This document shows, piece after piece, positions 24,827 through 25,697 of a stretch of 25,697 nucleotides of DNA (position 1 is its first letter; the number at the start of each line of letters is the position of its first letter). Origin of the DNA: Gammaproteobacteria bacterium (lineage in GTDB: Bacteria > Pseudomonadota > Gammaproteobacteria > Methylococcales > Methylococcaceae); the NCBI GenBank assembly GCA_009922685.1, contig RFVA01000033.1:1-25697 (forward strand). The letters are read 5' to 3'. The position numbers were made by a program, and so were the translations under genes. Below the pieces are notes generated by a model. That model was not told the DNA's origin, searched no databases, and saw only the letters and a program-made list of their open reading frames with translations.

Positions 24827-24849
24827 AAAAACCTGAACTTCAGCTTTTT
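24827..24849 (+). repeat. site E: AAAAACCT-GAACTTC-AGCTTTTT
   Basis: Perfect 22-bp inverted partner of site D, with 148 bp between them. Confidence 0.75.
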
Positions 24850-24879
24850 CCAATCCAAACTTTTACAGGGTGCTGAAAC

Positions 24880-24907
24880 AAGAACAGGCGCCAAAGCGCC
24901 CGTTCTT
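24880..24907 (-). terminator. probable terminator of the IPTL-CTERM protein gene
   Basis: The minus strand reads AAGAACGGGCGC-TTTG-GCGCCTGTTCTT (one mismatch) followed by GTTTC. It starts about 22 nt after the stop at 24930. Confidence 0.5.
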
Positions 24908-24929
24908 AGTCATCAACGAAAGCCACCAA

Positions 24930-25697
24930 TCAATAGCTGCGTTCGCGATGAAAATGCCATCCAACAACCGTCATCAGCATCAATGCCAGCAGCAACTGGG
25001 TCCATTCAGAAAGTGATGGGACTGCGACTGCGGCTGGGGCCAGAGAAATAGCCACCGTAACCTGCGAGGATGTTGCAGAAGCATAGCTAGAATCCGCCGC
25101 CTTGGTCGCCGTCACGACACAATTCCCTGCTCCCATCCCAGTCAAGGTTGCACCATTTAAAGTACACGGACCGCTGACAAGGTTGTAGGTCACAGCACCC
25201 GATCCACTTCCTCCGGTCGTACTGAGGGTGGACGTGCCGTTGACGTTGATACTGGTAGAACTAGGGACTACGACAAGGGTGGCTTGGGTGGCTAATACCA
25301 CCGTCGCAACTTGCACTGCGCTGCCGCTGTTTCCGCCATTGGTGGTGGTTACTACCGCCGTGAGGCTGCCAGTTGTATTCGGCGGAGACATCAAATTAAC
25401 AGTCAGCTGAATAGAAGTAGCGGCAGAAACACTCCCGACAGCACCGTTATTGAACACAACCGTGTTGTTGCCCACAGTCGTATCAAAATTGGTGCCGGTG
25501 ATTGTCATCGAGGGGGCATTGATGGCAAGGTTTGCGGTTGACTGTGTGACTGTTGGCGGAGCAGCGGGCGTGACCGAATTACTGGCGGAAGAAGAGCCAC
25601 CTGTGCCCGATGTGTTCGTGGCCGTAACCGTGAAGGTATAGGCGGTGCCATTGGTTAAACCTGTCACGGTGATGGGGCTTGAAGCGCCGGTGCCGGT
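24930..25697 (-). CDS. surface protein, C-terminal part (5' end outside the window), with FN3 and Ig-like repeats and an IPTL-CTERM sorting signal
   Basis: The C-terminus VPSLSEWTQLLLALMLMTVVGWHFHRERSY fits IPTLSEW plus a TM helix plus a basic tail. The FN3 end reads LTNGTAYTFTVTATNTSG. The frame stays open to the window edge, so the M in the ORF track is an internal GTG. Confidence 0.75.
   Translation of the reverse strand, partial: TGTGASSPITVTGLTNGTAYTFTVTATNTSGTGGSSSASNSVTPAAPPTVTQSTANLAINAPSMTITGTNFDTTVGNNTVVFNNGAVGSVSAATSIQLTVNLMSPPNTTGSLTAVVTTTNGGNSGSAVQVATVVLATQATLVVVPSSTSINVNGTSTLSTTGGSGSGAVTYNLVSGPCTLNGATLTGMGAGNCVVTATKAADSSYASATSSQVTVAISLAPAAVAVPSLSEWTQLLLALMLMTVVGWHFHRERSY

Noticed and set aside
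20986-24849. Reading the five 23-bp palindromes simply as rho-independent terminators.
   Set aside because: A hairpin would have only a 4-5 bp GC-containing stem (CCTG/CAGG) with a 3-5 nt loop, and the rest would be A:T pairs. One copy lies inside a CDS and one lies directly upstream of a start codon. Site A, between convergent genes, could still double as a weak terminator.
24731-25051. 106-aa plus-strand ORF that starts inside the D-E segment and runs into the surface-protein gene.
   Set aside because: It crosses site E and the terminator hairpin, overlaps the 3' end of a well-supported gene in antisense, and has no SD.
1-25697. CRISPR arrays, rRNA genes, and complete IS elements or prophage structural genes.
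   Set aside because: I saw no regularly spaced direct repeats with unique spacers, no rRNA-like sequence, no intact transposase with terminal repeats, and no capsid, tail or terminase-like ORFs anywhere in the window.

Overview
This is a bacterial chromosomal window, probably proteobacterial, though that is only a guess from the gene content. All calls come from reading motifs by eye; no database search, RNA folding or statistics were run.

The window has two compositionally different parts.

**Backbone (1 to ~13.33 kb).** This part is GC-richer, densely coding and ordinary. It carries:
- a secreted metzincin protease
- a SYLF-type lipoprotein
- a DUF1269-like membrane protein
- a large secreted S1 serine protease with four C-terminal InlB-B-type repeats
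- modB-modC, with no modA present
- a Zn-dependent alcohol dehydrogenase
- a long U32 peptidase (YdcP/RlhA-like)
- a 2Fe-2S/FNR-type reductase
- a transglutaminase-like protein

**Accessory part (~13.33 kb onward).** Here the DNA becomes visibly AT-richer, ORF-poorer and scarred. It contains:
- a pair of DnaA boxes beside an AT tract
- Cys-rich secreted protein genes, one of them degraded
- an IS66 transposase remnant abutting a 45-nt tRNA-Lys(CUU) 3' half, which looks like an att-type scar
- a two-gene module (small zinc-ribbon protein plus sulfotransferase-like protein) bracketed by two pairs of hairpin repeats
- a small operon of unknown function
- a 1.35 kb ORF-free region

**Most interesting part (20.4-24.85 kb).** A FimB/FimE-sized tyrosine recombinase, consisting of the catalytic domain only, sits next to a minus-strand three-gene module. 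The centre of that module is a tRNA-guanine-transglycosylase (TGT)/DpdA-like enzyme. The module is punctuated by five copies of a 23-bp site with tyrosine-recombinase core-site architecture, AAAAACCT-GAACTTC-AGGTTTTT.
- Two copies form a perfect 22-bp inverted repeat around a 148-bp segment that abuts the first start codon. This resembles an invertible promoter switch.
- Two other copies look like reciprocal half-sites around a 506-bp single-gene cassette.

My hypothesis is a recombinase-controlled (phase-variable or cassette-type) nucleic-acid base-exchange module that lacks the usual Dpd or preQ0-synthesis partners.

The window ends inside a surface protein with an IPTL-CTERM sorting signal.
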